Source of the DNA: Takakia lepidozioides
Lineage: Eukaryota; Plantae; Bryophyta
DNA: 64,000 nucleotides
Reading direction: 5' to 3'
Assembly: GCA_030704615.1 (NCBI GenBank)
Contig: CM060731.1
Coordinates: forward strand, 57,722,001-57,786,000
Positions 24,981 through 37,809 of the stretch are shown here, piece by piece. The notes beneath the pieces are model-generated. The model saw only the letters and a program-made list of their open reading frames with translations. It was not told the origin of the DNA and ran no database searches. Positions within the stretch are counted from its first letter, which is position 1; each line of letters begins with the position of its first letter. The position numbers and the translations under genes were made by a program.

Positions 24981-25779
24981 AACAAATTTTCATTGTGCTA
25001 TGTCAAATTATGTATTGGCTTTTTCAATTTTTCTCCTGCACATCCTGTGATTCCTAGTGGAGTGTCCTAAAAGTGCATACAAAGTTGCTCTCTCTCCTCG
25101 TCCCACATGATCCCTTAAGAGACCAGCTTGATCTCCATAGCCAAATGAGGATTTCTTCACAGAGAGCACCTTGGCTTGGCAACATCATGTTGATCCATTC
25201 CTTTTATTAATCAATCTACTGCATGATGAAACATACATAAGGTCAGCAATGTGTCATGGCAACCTGAACTGCTGCAACGTTGGGCTCCACTGGAGCCAAT
25301 GAGAAAAAAAACCAAGACGGAATGAGTTCCATTGCTCCCTGACATGGCTGCAGGGTCCAACTTTGACTTGCCATCACTTTAAGGGTCTAGAAAGGCCATC
25401 ATTGGATATGAAGTTGACCTTTGAAATCCATGTATATTGGAATTCTCTTAGGTTCTGGTTGGAGTAACGGCAATTGGATTTGGGCAGGCTTACAGGTGGG
25501 TGAGTGTAAGATGCTTTCTGGGCTATGTCCAAAACATTCTTTAACTTCCTGGAACCGGTTGCAAATCCAACTGATGGCTGGTGAATTTTGGCTCGTTGCT
25601 GATATTCTAGTTGCTTACATCCATAGATTCTTTATCTATGCGTAAAGGATTTTGCCTGCCTAATATGGCGTATTTTCAGGAGGATTAAAAAGCAGAAATC
25701 TACGCCTCATGCCACTAGCACATCATGCCAGTTGCACTAGCACATTATGAAACATAATGTGTTTGATTAAGACTGGCAG

Positions 25780-26954
25780 GCCAATGAGAGGGCGGCAGAC
25801 TCAATCCTTTACGTACTGGAATGGGCCTCAACATGCCATTATGGCGGTTTCGGCGGCAGCTCGCCCTCCGGCTCGCCACCACCTTACCCGCCACAATGTC
25901 ATGTGGCGGCCCATTCGAGGCTAGACATGCTAGGTCGTAATGAAATAGGAGAAGAAAAGCCTTAATAGCAGAATCTACCACACCACAAGGTGGCCTCTCT
26001 CAAAAATTTGGCGGGAAGACAGAAGTGCCAAAGTTTCGGCGTTCTTGTGGAAAGTGGCACATAAGATTCTGCCTGTCAACAGTAACTTCTCGGATGGACC
26101 CCAAAACTGCCCCAGCTGTCCCAACTCCCCAGAAACATTGGAGCATTGCTTAATTCTCTGCCCTATGGTCAGACACATCTGGTATCTGGTACTCCGGTTC
26201 TATTCCAACTGGCTGTTCTTTCAGCCAGGGAGCCCAACACTGTCTTGCCCTGTCTGGGCTTGCTTAAGGGCACACACTCTCTGGAATGTATGGAGATCTC
26301 GCTGTAACAGTAAGTACCAGGGGAGACGCCCCAGCATTAGAACAATTTTGTTTAATGTTTACCTTGCTTTGATGACTGAAGGGAGGAAGACCTGGGTTAC
26401 CTTGTCTGCAGTTATTTCCAAGTGCTCGACACAACGCAGGGATAAACTGCTCCATGATTTCGACCCCACCTGGGGCAAGAGCAACCTGCTCTGCACCCGC
26501 TTTGCCGACAACGTTCGATGGGAAGACACCTTCCCCGCGCAATGGCAAGACCCCAACTGAAGCTGAAGACGGGGAGCGCAACTGGAAGCACAAGCGTGCT
26601 AAGGATCCTCTGTTCAAAACTCAACTCAAATTCTAGCTCGGATTCACATTGCATTATAATCAGGCATCTAGCTCCTAGAGGCCCAACCTGTTATCTGATC
26701 AGCTGTTTCGCACAGCCAGCAGCTCCAGCAGCCTTCTTTTCTCCACTTCATCTCCTCAAATTCCAATTCCTACTTGCACCTTCAGGCACTTAGACTCTGC
26801 TTCCCCTTCCCTCCTCAACGCTTCTAGCTAGTCTGCCCCTCAGTAAGACTCCACGGCCCCAGGGTGGTTATTTTTTCCACCATCTTGTTAAACTCTTAAT
26901 TTAAATTTGATTAAAAGGGTCTACGGCCCCTTTCGGAATTTAAAAAAAAAAAAA
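25780..26954 (+). mobile_element. L1/Tx1-type LINE 3' fragment (zf-RVT domain, 3'UTR, poly-A)
   Basis: KIWRE..SAKVSAFLWKVAHKILPV...CPSC..SPETLEHCLILCPMVRHIW...LWNVWRSRC; poly-A at 26942-26954. The 5' boundary is approximate. Confidence 0.85.
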
Positions 26955-27310
26955 CAAAAGTTCGTTAAAACACAGCTACGCGGCATTGCATACATAGAGG
27001 CAAGACACAGTACTGCCCGCGGCAACTTAAAGGATGTGCTCGTTACAAGTGACACAGTTACACATCACATATAAGGTTCATCCCTACAAGTCGTTCATCT
27101 CCATGTTGTAGTAAACACAAGAGTTGGGACCAGGATTTGTGGCTTAAATATTTGGAGCTACTTGCCCCGATTCTTTCCCATGTATGGCAGCTCGTTGGTT
27201 GAGAGCACTAGGCTAGAATCTTCGCCAAAATTAACAAAGGATACAAAATACTCGACCTACATAGGGGGAAACTGTTGAGAGGCGCATGCAGGAACGCCCC
27301 TAGAGTCTTC

Positions 27311-29339
27311 TTACAGTAACAGCTCCTCGTCTATGTTCAATATGACTCTGCATCTGAATGTGGAGGTGAATCTGCATAATTAATCTGTTCCATAGAGCAC
27401 CAAACATCAGGAAATGCGCTGTGTTGGTGCTAGAGATCCCCTTTGGAGTCTGAGATGGTATTGGTGAAGCTTAAAGTCAATTCCCGGCAGCGATACTTTA
27501 CTCCGGAAAACAGCGTACTACCATACATAGATGTGCATAAAACAATAGATCTAGAGCGACTGAAGTTCTTCTAAAGGAAAAAACCACACGGGCCTTGCAA
27601 TCCTATCAAGGTTCATTGAACTGTGAAAATAAACGGGGAAGTCACAGCAAGGACCGTCGTAATTTGGGACTTCATGAACTACCAGTTTCCAGTATCTTTG
27701 GAACAATTACTTCCACCAGGTGACATATTGATCCGACCGTGCACCCGCTACCAAGAATCGGATAATCAATGCTGAAATACCTAGACACACCTGTATCTTT
27801 TCCTTCCATCATTTAATTTCCATGCTCAGAGGTAAGTATTAAGTGTACCCGTTCAGTAATATAGCCTGAATCTGAATTTTCGACCGAATCCACTTCCCAG
27901 AAATCTGAAAGGTTGAAACATCACACAAGTTCAAGGATCATCATAGCTACCTCAGAACACGTAAAATACTTTGTACCATCGACTTCAAGGACTTGTCAAC
28001 GTTATAAGTTGCTCTTGAAACTTGCCGTAGACCTCATCTTAAATTTACATATTTATCCGAGCTGCGAGACTCACGCTACGAAGAACTGGATGATGGAAAA
28101 TCCTATCTTCTCATTCCATCACTCACTTCAAGCAGAAATGACAGTCTTAGGAGAAATAATTATATATAATATATCTTAATCTGGGGATAAGATTACCAGG
28201 TTCTTGATCAAGTCCCTTTTACCTGAACTGACATCAGATAAGGCATCCATCAGAGCAACAGCAGGATTCGGGGGGTCCGCCGGCTTGGGAGGATCATCAG
28301 GCTTTGTAAGGCCTATTGGAATCAACTCCTCGTTGGCAGTTCTTATTTTACGCCACTGCACAATGTATGGGGTCATGCACGCCAGATCTCAGCTCTAGAG
28401 TCTCAGCTAAAGGCTTACCGATATGTATGAAAAATGCAAAAAGTAGGAAATAACTTAGCAATGCACCTAATCAATGGCGGGCCAGTAACGTAGAACTTAG
28501 GTAGTACACTTCTAGGGAAAGACAGGAATATTATTAGTTTGACATTAAGTTGTATAATACTGCCCCTCACATTGAACTGCACAAATCTTAGTCCTGTTCA
28601 GATCTGCTTAACACAGCTTACCATTTCAAGAAATCCTTTAAATAGCAGATCCTGGAAGATCCAGGTTACTACACTCTGTCTTGCACTTGCTACAGATGCT
28701 TTCATTAACAAATTGTGCTGGGATACTCCGGCTTCTTGACATCATTATTCTACAGGTTGACAATTCATGATCGCCACGACGGAAATGGAGTTGCAATTCG
28801 GCTTCTTGAAATTATTAAAGGTGGCTATCCTGGACCTCAGATGAACTGAAAATCATCTGTGAATCAGATATCTTTGCGCTCGATCAAACACGGCCTGCGC
28901 TTAGCACAGAATTATACTGTTAAATTCCCTTCCGTTCAAAGAGGACATGAAAAACATCTAAACGACACACGAAGTTACAGTCCATACAGAATCCTATGCT
29001 CAATCAGTGTTGGAAGCGCACAGCTTCTTGACATTGCTATGTTTGGCTACACTGCCCCTCAGATCGAGCTCCACAAATACATGATTGGATATTTCCTTTG
29101 ACACAAATACTCCGAACTTGCTTAACTATATCCGATGATATAATCCACACAAAGGATTACTAGAAATGCAAAAATCGTCTACAAAGGGAGAACTGAGTCC
29201 CATTAATCTGGACCTGCTCTTCATACTCTGCTTCGGCCCGTTGGAGCTCTGCTATTTCGTCATCAACAGGGACCAGCGGTAAGCTCTCTTCGGACTCCTC
29301 AAGAGCAGGAAGCAGCAGCGTGGGCAGCGTGGGCAACAT
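27311..29339 (-). CDS. Unidentified multi-exon gene; exon structure only partly resolved
   Basis: In-phase exons 28312-28223, 27904-27849, 27747-27683 and 27620-about 27590 give LTKPDDPPKPADPPNPAVALMDALSDVSSDFWEVDSVENSDSGYITERRVHGRINMSPGGSNCSKDTGNCSMNLDRIAR. Likely first exon from ATG 29339 (MLPTL...DDEIAELQRAEAEYEEQ) and last exon about 27353-27311. Family not recognised. Confidence 0.55.
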
Positions 29340-30192
29340 GTTGCACCAGACTTCTCACCTTGCCTTCCCTTGAAACTGATTTAGGAAAATGCATGTATGC
29401 TGCTCTTGTTCAGAGAAGCTTTAGACTATGGATGAGAATCGTCCAAATAGGCTTTTCGTTACGATCACGAACGAGCCCCGTCAATGTGCACCAATTATTT
29501 TATAGTTTTAATAATAATTAGCTTGAATTTAAAGAAAAATAAAATATCTGTTAATTGTGTTTGCCTTAGTATGGGCCTATGGGGTTTATTTCTACAAAAG
29601 CGCTACTGAATAATCCCTTCAGCAGAGCGGGCTGAACTGCAGCATAGCGGGTCAAGTAGAAATTCACAGGGGACCCTATTGTTGTTTTTTTTGAAGCTAT
29701 TCCTATGTGACATGAGAATGGATGAGAACGTGACATTTGCAGCGTGACTAATCTTATTTACGCCACGCATTGAATGTTTTCACCTGGGAGGAAGAGACAA
29801 CATATTTTACGATTTCTTGGGGAGGCGCGGCCACATGAATTTTATTTTATTTTTTAAATTTTTTCTCATCATGTACCTTCCCCAGTTATAAAGACAATAC
29901 AATACCTTAGCCTGCAAGTAACCATTTGCATTATTAGAGGGCTCCCTCATATTTTTAAGATTTCATCCATCTATTTTTACCCATTCACTTGGTGAGTGGT
30001 ATATGGCTGAATGAAAAGTGAATGAAAAATGGCTAGGTGCGTATGGAACAGTGGTATATGGCTGAATGAGCATAAATAAATGGAAAATGTCTATTTGACG
30101 TTCTCTTTTGGATGAAAGGATGCGTACCGCAGATTTCTTTGAAAAATAGACCTCAAAAACAGAAAAAATAAAATGCAACTTGCCGAACAGTC

Positions 30193-30392
30193 GCGTAGGC
30201 TACCCTTATGGTGCTTGGAACTACGCGCGATGAAGGTGCCCAGGGAGATCCCGGTCAAATACTTGTTTTCTCTTGTTAGACAGGCTATTTGAGCGTAGGC
30301 TACCCTTATGGTGCTTGGAACTACGCGATGAAGGTGCCCAGGGAGATCCCGGTCAAATACTTGTTTTCTCTTGTTAGACAGGCTATTTGAGC
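30193..30392. repeat. 100-bp tandem duplication (2 copies)
   Basis: gcgtaggctacccttatgg...caggctatttga twice; the second copy has a 2-bp deletion. Confidence 0.95.
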
Positions 30393-30720
30393 TCTCGGCT
30401 ACAATCGCAACGTATTGTACGTGAACACATCACGTATTGGATTCTTTGATGGTTGTCTCTAAGGCCTGTTTAGCTATCTCTCCTTTTCCTATTACAATCT
30501 TGAAATGTTCGTATGTGGTTTTTTGAAAGGGCGTTAGGAGAGTGGATAAAATCAGACACCTCCACCACAACCATCAACTCAAAAAGACCACCATAGGAGT
30601 CTACAAACCAAACAAATTCCATTCATCATTAGAGGAATTCAGAGCAAAGCAACATAAAGCTTTATTGTGAAAATGATCACAAAACTGAATTTTGAATTCA
30701 TCACATTCTCTTTAGATATT

Positions 30721-32354
30721 GTTCACCAAAGTCGTCATGACTAGGAGTGCAGAGCCACACGAAGCCATAGTAAATTTTGTAGTACAATAATTGTAAAGAA
30801 GAAAGGTGTCGTTGCCTTGGTGACATGTGATACGCAACTACTCCACCGTATGTGGGTTTTGGGAATTCAAACCTCGTACCATATCACCGGGACAACGACG
30901 TTTTCTTTTATAATTGTTGTACTATCATACCATCAAGATGTCAAAGAAAATTTCATATCTCTACACATCAAAGTCACGGAGGAGGATGACTAGATGTAGA
31001 TGCCCGCCCATTAATAAACACCCAGTTCCATCCAATAATCAGATTGTACTCTTCATGTGACCGTTTGAAGCCCCAAACATGAAAAATTGGACCGACGGGT
31101 CTCATTTATCAAAGTGGGCTGGCTCCCAAAACTAACTTTGTACACAACAATATTTGTGTAGTGGTGTGTCTGAAACATATATACATCTTTCTTCTCCTAC
31201 CCGGTTCTTACATGTTGGATGATTAGCTGACATTAATACATGAATGTGTCTAGGAATTAGAGTGTGTCACGAGAATGAATGTGTTCATCCCTTATTAGAT
31301 ATGTAAAGACACATAACTGTAGATAGTATGACTGATGGGGTTCAAGCGAAGCGGAAAGAGACTCGAGAGATCTCATTGGCCACGAGGAGACACGGAGGTT
31401 GAAAGTGAGACTTGAGAGCTATAAATAAGAGGAATAAAAAAGAAGAGAAAGAGCCAAGGAGATACAATGGATCTAGAAGATGAGCTCTAGACTAGGGAGT
31501 ATCAAAGAGAGAGGAAGAACAAGTATACACATAGACAAAGACTTGTAGTTTCATTACAATATGAATAGTACTTATAGTATGAGTAGTTCATTACAAATTA
31601 TAAAATTGGTATCTGCACTTTGAAAAATTGTCAATCAATCTGTTACGGAGGCTTCTATAAGGTGTCAATATTGTAGGGTGCTTAATTGAAATTCTTGATT
31701 TGTTTTAATTTTGTATTCCCTACCCAACGTCTTTTTTTTCGTCCCCTAAATCATCAATACCAGCCCTGTGTGTAATATCTATTGCTGCAAGATGTAGAAT
31801 TAGCAGCTTGGAGCAATGCTAGAACCATCTTTATGTTTTTCCTATGATGTAGATGCAACCAACCCATTAGTTAACATAGAGTTCCACGAAATCGGATTGC
31901 CTTCACGACCGTAATTTGAAGGCCCGAGCATGAAAAGCTAGGCTGTCTCATTTACCAAGGTGTTCGCTGAAGTCGTCATGACTAGGAGTGCGGAACCCCG
32001 CGAAGCCATAACATATTTTGTAGTACAATAATTGTAACAAAGATAATGTCATTGCCTTGGTGACCTATGATACGTGACTACTCCATGGACGTGGGTTTGG
32101 GAATTCAAACCTCGTACCATATCACTAGGACAGTGACATTTTCTTGTTATAATTGTTGTACCATACCACCAAGAGAAAGAAATTTCATATTGTGTACACA
32201 TCAAAGTCAGGGAGGAGGATGGAATAGTCGATGTAGATGCCCCGCCCATTAATAAACACCAAGTTCCATCCAGTGATTAGATTCTACTCTTCATGCGACT
32301 GTTTGAAGCCCCAAGCTTAAAAAAATGGACCGGGTTTCATCTATTAGGGTGGGC
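30721..32354. repeat. Pair of diverged ~400-bp direct repeats (30721-31120 and 31962-32354)
   Basis: Shared 'aagtcgtcatgactaggagtgc', 'gggaattcaaacctcgtaccatatcac' and 'gcccattaataaacacc'. Confidence 0.85.
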
Positions 32355-32504
32355 TGAATATACCAGTGTTCCATACGCACCTAGCCGCTTTTTGTTATCT
32401 ATTCATTCCTAAGGGGAGTACTATAGTTCCATAATTCAAATTTTCTTCAGTTTTATGGCCTTCACAATTTATTATTTTATTATTTTATATTTTATAAAAT
32501 ACAC

Positions 32505-32930
32505 AAAACAGGGGACAGATGCCCTGGAAGTTTTACTATAAGTAAGGAAAAAATAACCTTACAAGAGCCATGAGGCAAAGAATAGAGGTACCACTGGTGA
32601 CCAAAAAATCCATAGAAATGGATCCAGAGTCAGAGCACTAAGAACTATACAACTGAGAACTAAGAACTACACTAGAACAACTCTACATACTACCCCTTTT
32701 CCTTTTAGAGGCTTCAAAAGACAATTGGGCCTTAGATTTTCCTTTCCTAAGGCTATACTTATGCCTCCAATTGACTTCCTGGTCTTCAACATCCAGAGGA
32801 GAGTGCATGGCACTAACGGAGCTGCCAGCAGGAAGGGAGTGCTTCATGCCATTCGACTCGAGATTCGGAATGTCTCTTGCGGAAGATTCCACATTATCCC
32901 CACGAGTTGTTTCCACATTGAGTTCCATTA
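32505..32930 (-). mobile_element. Decayed L1-like 3' end
   Basis: Minus-strand peptide DVEDQEVNWRHK resembles EAEDGERNWKHK at the end of the L1 near 26560. The terminal 'ggggaca..gccctggaa' motif recurs at about 33890 beside a poly-T. Confidence 0.45.
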
Positions 32931-33329
32931 TATTCACCTCCCTTCAGAAAATTCCCTGAAGTTGTATTATATTCAATTCTATTCATATTTATCCTTTGCG
33001 TTCCATCACATTCATCTTAGTTCCATCACATTTAATTCATTTCAATTTCGTCCTTTCACATTTGCTCCTTGCATTGAGTTTATTATTATCAAATACGATT
33101 TTTTCTATCAACATGAAGAACCTATTTTATATTAGTTTCAATGATTTATTTAAATAATGATTTCGTTGATTTCATTGTTTGTTTTTTGCATATTGTTTCA
33201 AAGAATATATAGGATTTTTAATTCAATCTTTGCAAATATCAAACAATTTTTTTTAAATTTTTTTAAAGAAACCTGGGAGCGACAGCCCACAGTTCAGGCC
33301 CTTGAGGAGGGGGAAAAATTAACCCCCTT

Positions 33330-33472
33330 TTCATTTATGGGCCATGAGGCCTAGAGGACGATCAACGTCAAGACATACCGTCAAGAACAATCCCACACAC
33401 GGGGCAGGGGGGTTGAACCCCGAACCACCAAGGCGACACTGTGCACTTACCAGCTGAGCTACCAGCCGAAGT
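33330..33472 (-). mobile_element. tRNA-derived SINE
   Basis: Minus strand has A box TAGCTCAGCTGG and B box GGTTCAACCC; no complete cloverleaf. Confidence 0.65.
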
Positions 33473-34190
33473 GCCAAAATTACTTTTTCATGAGGCTTTG
33501 AAAATACTACTAGGGCTTCGTGTTGCTCCGCACTACGACAACTTCTGAGAACAACGTCCATATAGATGGGCTATATTTAAGTTTTATGAACAGATGAACA
33601 TTTATTGGCTCTCTTGTAGAGAGAAACGACCTTACATGTCAAGCCTCGGATTGGTGTGTTGTGGTGATCCTTTCTTCTTATGTTTTGCCGAAGCAAGAGA
33701 GCCCATTGCAATTTGAGGTTCCTTCATATTGTTAATCGTTATTCGTGATTTCTCAAGTACTTCAGCTGAAAGCCCAAAATTTATTTCATTTGATATCAAT
33801 TCGACCGGTGTAATAATGACTGTGGCTCATTTTGATACAACAAGTTAGACTTAGATTTGGATTTTTTTTTTTTTTTTGGTTTTTTGAAAAAGGGGACAAT
33901 AGCCCTGGAAATTTATTAAAAGGGAAAAAATTAAACCTTATGTAATGCATTTGGATTATGAATGTTGTTTATATGATATCTTTTTCATCTTTATTTTCAA
34001 TTGGTTTAGATTTCAAATCGTTTGGATTTTTATTTAATGTCACAGTTCCATGAAAAAACTTTGTTGTTTTCTAGTTAATGCGTATTTGTTCCAGCGTTCA
34101 TCATGTAATTTGTCTTTAATTAAAACTTATTTTATCCTGCTCTCCACGTTAATATTTTGTTTTTCCATCTCTCTATCATTTTCACTCGAG

Positions 34191-34363
34191 CAACAACCAG
34201 CATGTAGCCCAGTGGTAATGGGCACATACCACGTTGGATGTGATTGTGGGTTCAAATCACAGTTGTGTGTCATGAAGGTGTCCACCTTCCTAGCGGAAGG
34301 CAGCAGCCCTTGGGGGTGAAGTGACTCCATAAGTTACGCTTTCCTTCGGGAGGCGTCATACTT
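34191..34363 (+). mobile_element. tRNA-derived SINE with target-site duplication
   Basis: A box TAGCCCAGTGG, B box GGTTCAAATC, T-run at the end; flanked by TTTTCACTCGAG at 34179-34190 and 34364-34375. Confidence 0.8.
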
Positions 34364-34699
34364 TTTTCACTCGAGTTGTGCAAAATTGGATGCCATCCTT
34401 GGGGCCGGTATATGTCCAAAGGAAGTCTATGAGATTTGTAAGTATGTCAGTCTGAATATTACAAAACAGTCTCCTCTAATATGGGCACTTGGTTGTATGT
34501 GGTAGCCACTGCGTCTTGAATCTTGGGCCATGCAGCTTTACTATATGTTTTAATTAAGGGACCATTAAAATTGTTAGTATTGCCAGCCTCATATTGTACA
34601 CCTACTCAAAAGATACCAGAACATCTAAGGTGGTTATCCTGTTGGAATACATATCCAAAGGGGTATTTTCGAGAATGCTATCTTGCACAATTCCACCTT

Positions 34700-36035
34700 T
34701 CAGGATGTCAGCACTGAGCATGCACCAGTCTGACCTTCTCCAGGGCTGCCAGGCTGGCACAAGCATGGATAACGCAAATGAATGTGACCTGGTCAGGTTA
34801 CTCTTCTTCCTGTATCATTTGCTCAGAAATCTCCAAACCCTCCCTACCACATCAATGCTGGGCATATCCTACAATCATGGCATTCCATGAGATCGCACTT
34901 CTTTGACCCATGTTGTCAAACACTCGACGTGTATCAGTTATGCTCCAGCATTTGGCATACATGTCCACCAGGGCAGTGTCCAGAATGATATCTGGCTCTA
35001 TTCCGGCTTTCATGATGTCAGCATGGACCTCTTTGCCCTTCTCTAGGGCTGCGAGGCTGGCGCAAGCCTTTAGCACACAAACAAACATGACTTGATTGGG
35101 TGTCACCCTTTCCTATATATTTGCTCGTAGATCTCCAAAGCCTCCCTACCACACCAATGCTGGGCATATCCTGAAATGATTGCGTTCCATGAGACCACAC
35201 TGCGTTGGGCTATCTTGTCAAACACTTGACGGGCCTCCTCAATGTTCCCGCATTTGGAATACATGTCAAGCAAGGTAGTTTCTAGTATGGTATCTGGCAC
35301 AATTCCAGCCTTTTGAATGCCTTGCCCATCTCCCAGGCTGCGAGGCTGGCACAGACATTGGCAACACAGACATGTGACCTTGTCATGGGTCACCCCTTGC
35401 TGAATCATTTGCTCATACTAGGTCTCCAAAGCCTCCCTACCACACCCATGCTGGGCATATCCTGTGATCATTGTCTTCCATGAGACCACACTGCGTTGAG
35501 CCATATTGTCAAACACATGACGGGCATCCTGTATGTCGCCGCATTTGGCATACATGTCAACCAGGGCAATATCCAGAACAATATCTGTCACAATTCTAGC
35601 TTTCATGATGTCAGCATGGACAACTTTGCCCTTCTCTAGGGCTGTCAGGCTTGCACAATCATTGACAATGCAGATGAACATGACCTGGTCCGGTGTCACC
35701 ACTTCTTGTATCATTTTCTCATAGGTCTCCAAAGTCTCCTTACCAAACCCATGCTGGGCAAATCCTGCAATCATTGCACTCCATGACACCACATTTCGTG
35801 TATCCATTTTTTCAAACACTCTGTTTGCATCATATATGCTGCCACATTTGCAATAAATGTCGATGAGGGCAGGTTCGAGTGTGGTATCTGGCACAATTTC
35901 GGATTTCATGATATCAGCATGGACCCCTTTGCCCTTCTCCAGCACTGCCAGGCTGGCACAACCACCAAGAACGCAAATGAATGTAACTTGGTTCGGTGTC
36001 ACCTTTTCTTGTATCATTTGCTCATCGGTCGCCAA
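34700..36035 (-). pseudogene. PLS-class PPR pseudogene (about 4 P-L-S triplets, frameshifted, no E/DYW domain seen)
   Basis: Repeated PNQVTFICVL.CASLA.LEKGK.VHADI / ALVDMYAKCG.I.DA..VFD.M / VVSWNAMI.GYAQHG motifs, split over ORFs 35418-36035, 35103-35408 and 34852-35106 with stops. Confidence 0.9.
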
Positions 36036-36579
36036 AGCCTCCCTAAGACTCGCTCTTGTCCATCATCCCCAATGGAAAGAAAAACATATCAGTTCTGTCA
36101 TGCAGATGATACTCCTAACAGACAAGCAGCCAGAATCCCTGTCCTCTATTGAAAAGAAGTAGGCCCAGATACCAAGTTAATTTCAGCAGAAGTTTAGATG
36201 TTTGGTACCGATGCAGTGAGAAAGAATGGCACAAGGCCAGCTGCAACATCAGTCCATATAGCTTTTGCAAGCACTGCTGGTGACAAGGTAGTTTGTAGAG
36301 GCATCTGTTTGTAGCGGTAAAAAATTGTTCATGTTGATGCCAATTATCTGTATACGATCACAAAGAAAGTTAGACAACGGGTACGTAAGGTCCAACCGAA
36401 AAGAAGAATAAAATACTGGAGAGGAAGCAGGGAGGGGTAGTAAGAGCCTGGGGAGGATCTGTTGATTGTTGTGCGAGATGTCTACATGGCAGGCCTTTTG
36501 CACACATGAATGGCCTTGATTCGAAGTGTACATGACAAGCTTACCCAGCACTTCAGCCTCAGATATGCCATATGTTGGC

Positions 36580-36760
36580 ACATGCATTGAGGATGCAAAT
36601 GAATGTGACCCCGTTGGGAGTCATTCCTTCCTGTTGCATTAGCTTATACATCTTGAAAGCCTCCCTACCATACACATGCTTGGCATATCCTGCTATCATT
36701 ATATTTCATGTAGACATATCTCGGTCAGGCATTCTTTCAAACACTTGTTTCCAGTCTATG
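36580..36760 (-). pseudogene. PLS-PPR fragment
   Basis: Minus strand reads VFERMPDRD...MIAGYAKH.YGREAFKMYKLMQQEGMTPNGVTFICILNACA. Confidence 0.75.
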
Positions 36761-37339
36761 ACATGGATGAGCAATCATGGATAACCTCAAAGATTTACCC
36801 ACTCTCTATGTTCACCAACTTTCATGCCCTTGAGGCTGAGCCTAAAGCTTCCCCAGTCCCGTTGGGGTCTCACAGTTGGCAGCTCACACACAACATCTTC
36901 ATTTGTATATTAAGGAGAAGTGGCAGACTGACATGTTGCTACACACTACTAGTGCTAAAATTGCTCGTGCAGAAAGATGTTAATCAGGACAAGAGAAAAA
37001 GTTCAAGGTTCACCTTGTAAAAGATTGCGGCCATGGCCACCTCGATTGTAGAAGCCACCACTGCTAGACCTTCCTCTCATGTCTGATAACTCATTGTTTG
37101 GTCAACCCTACAAAACCAATTTCTCATCACTAATCACATACCTTGAATTCCCTCTCTTCTCTTGGACAGTAGAGAGTCGTTCAGAGTCTAGCAACATAAT
37201 CCATGTGACCATGCACATTTTTCTGGATTACATCTGCTTGTAACATGGAAATTTAGGGCCAATTCTGACAAGAGGGGAAAACAGGGTGAAATGTGTTGAA
37301 GACGGTGCCTTCATTAGCAGTGCCTTGTTCTATCAATTG

Positions 37340-37379
<40 letters not shown>
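37340..37379. repeat. (TTG)n microsatellite
   Basis: About 13 units. Confidence 0.95.
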
Positions 37380-37380
<1 letters not shown>

Positions 37381-37809
37381 CCAGTTGACCATCTACCCAC
37401 GCTGATTTCTTGTAGCTATTGATGCACAGGGAATCAGAAGTAATCTTGTGTTTGAAATCTGAACCTCTATCCCTGGTCCTTCATCTATCCCTGCCTGTGA
37501 ACGAACCAAAGCTTCTCCTCATCTCTGTTTTTGTCAAAGTCAATCTAAACCACCACAGATCCACCCAACGAGCTAACTTACAAAATTCAATATGCATCTC
37601 AGGGCTGAGTCTGATGAGAGGGAAAAACAGGCTGAAATAAGTCGAAGAAGAAGGTGCCCTCACCACATTGGCCTTGACCTTGTGGCATGACCCATGAGGA
37701 TTTGACCATCAACCCAAAATGACCTCTTGTGTGTGTTGCTTGTGTCTGTAGTCAGGTAATGGTGGATTGGTCTGTGAGAACCACCACGGTGCAGCAGAGC
37801 AGGCAGAGA

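Larger units (their letters stand above)
30031..32386. mobile_element. 2.36-kb segment bounded by 29-bp inverted repeats (non-autonomous element or inversion scar)
   Basis: ggctaggtgcgtatggaacagtggtatat (30031-30059) versus atataccagtgttccatacgcacctagcc (32358-32386), 1 mismatch. Confidence 0.55.

Noticed and set aside
33400-34260. tRNA genes
   Set aside because: A and B boxes are present but there are no acceptor or anticodon stems; the TSD and tail indicate SINEs.
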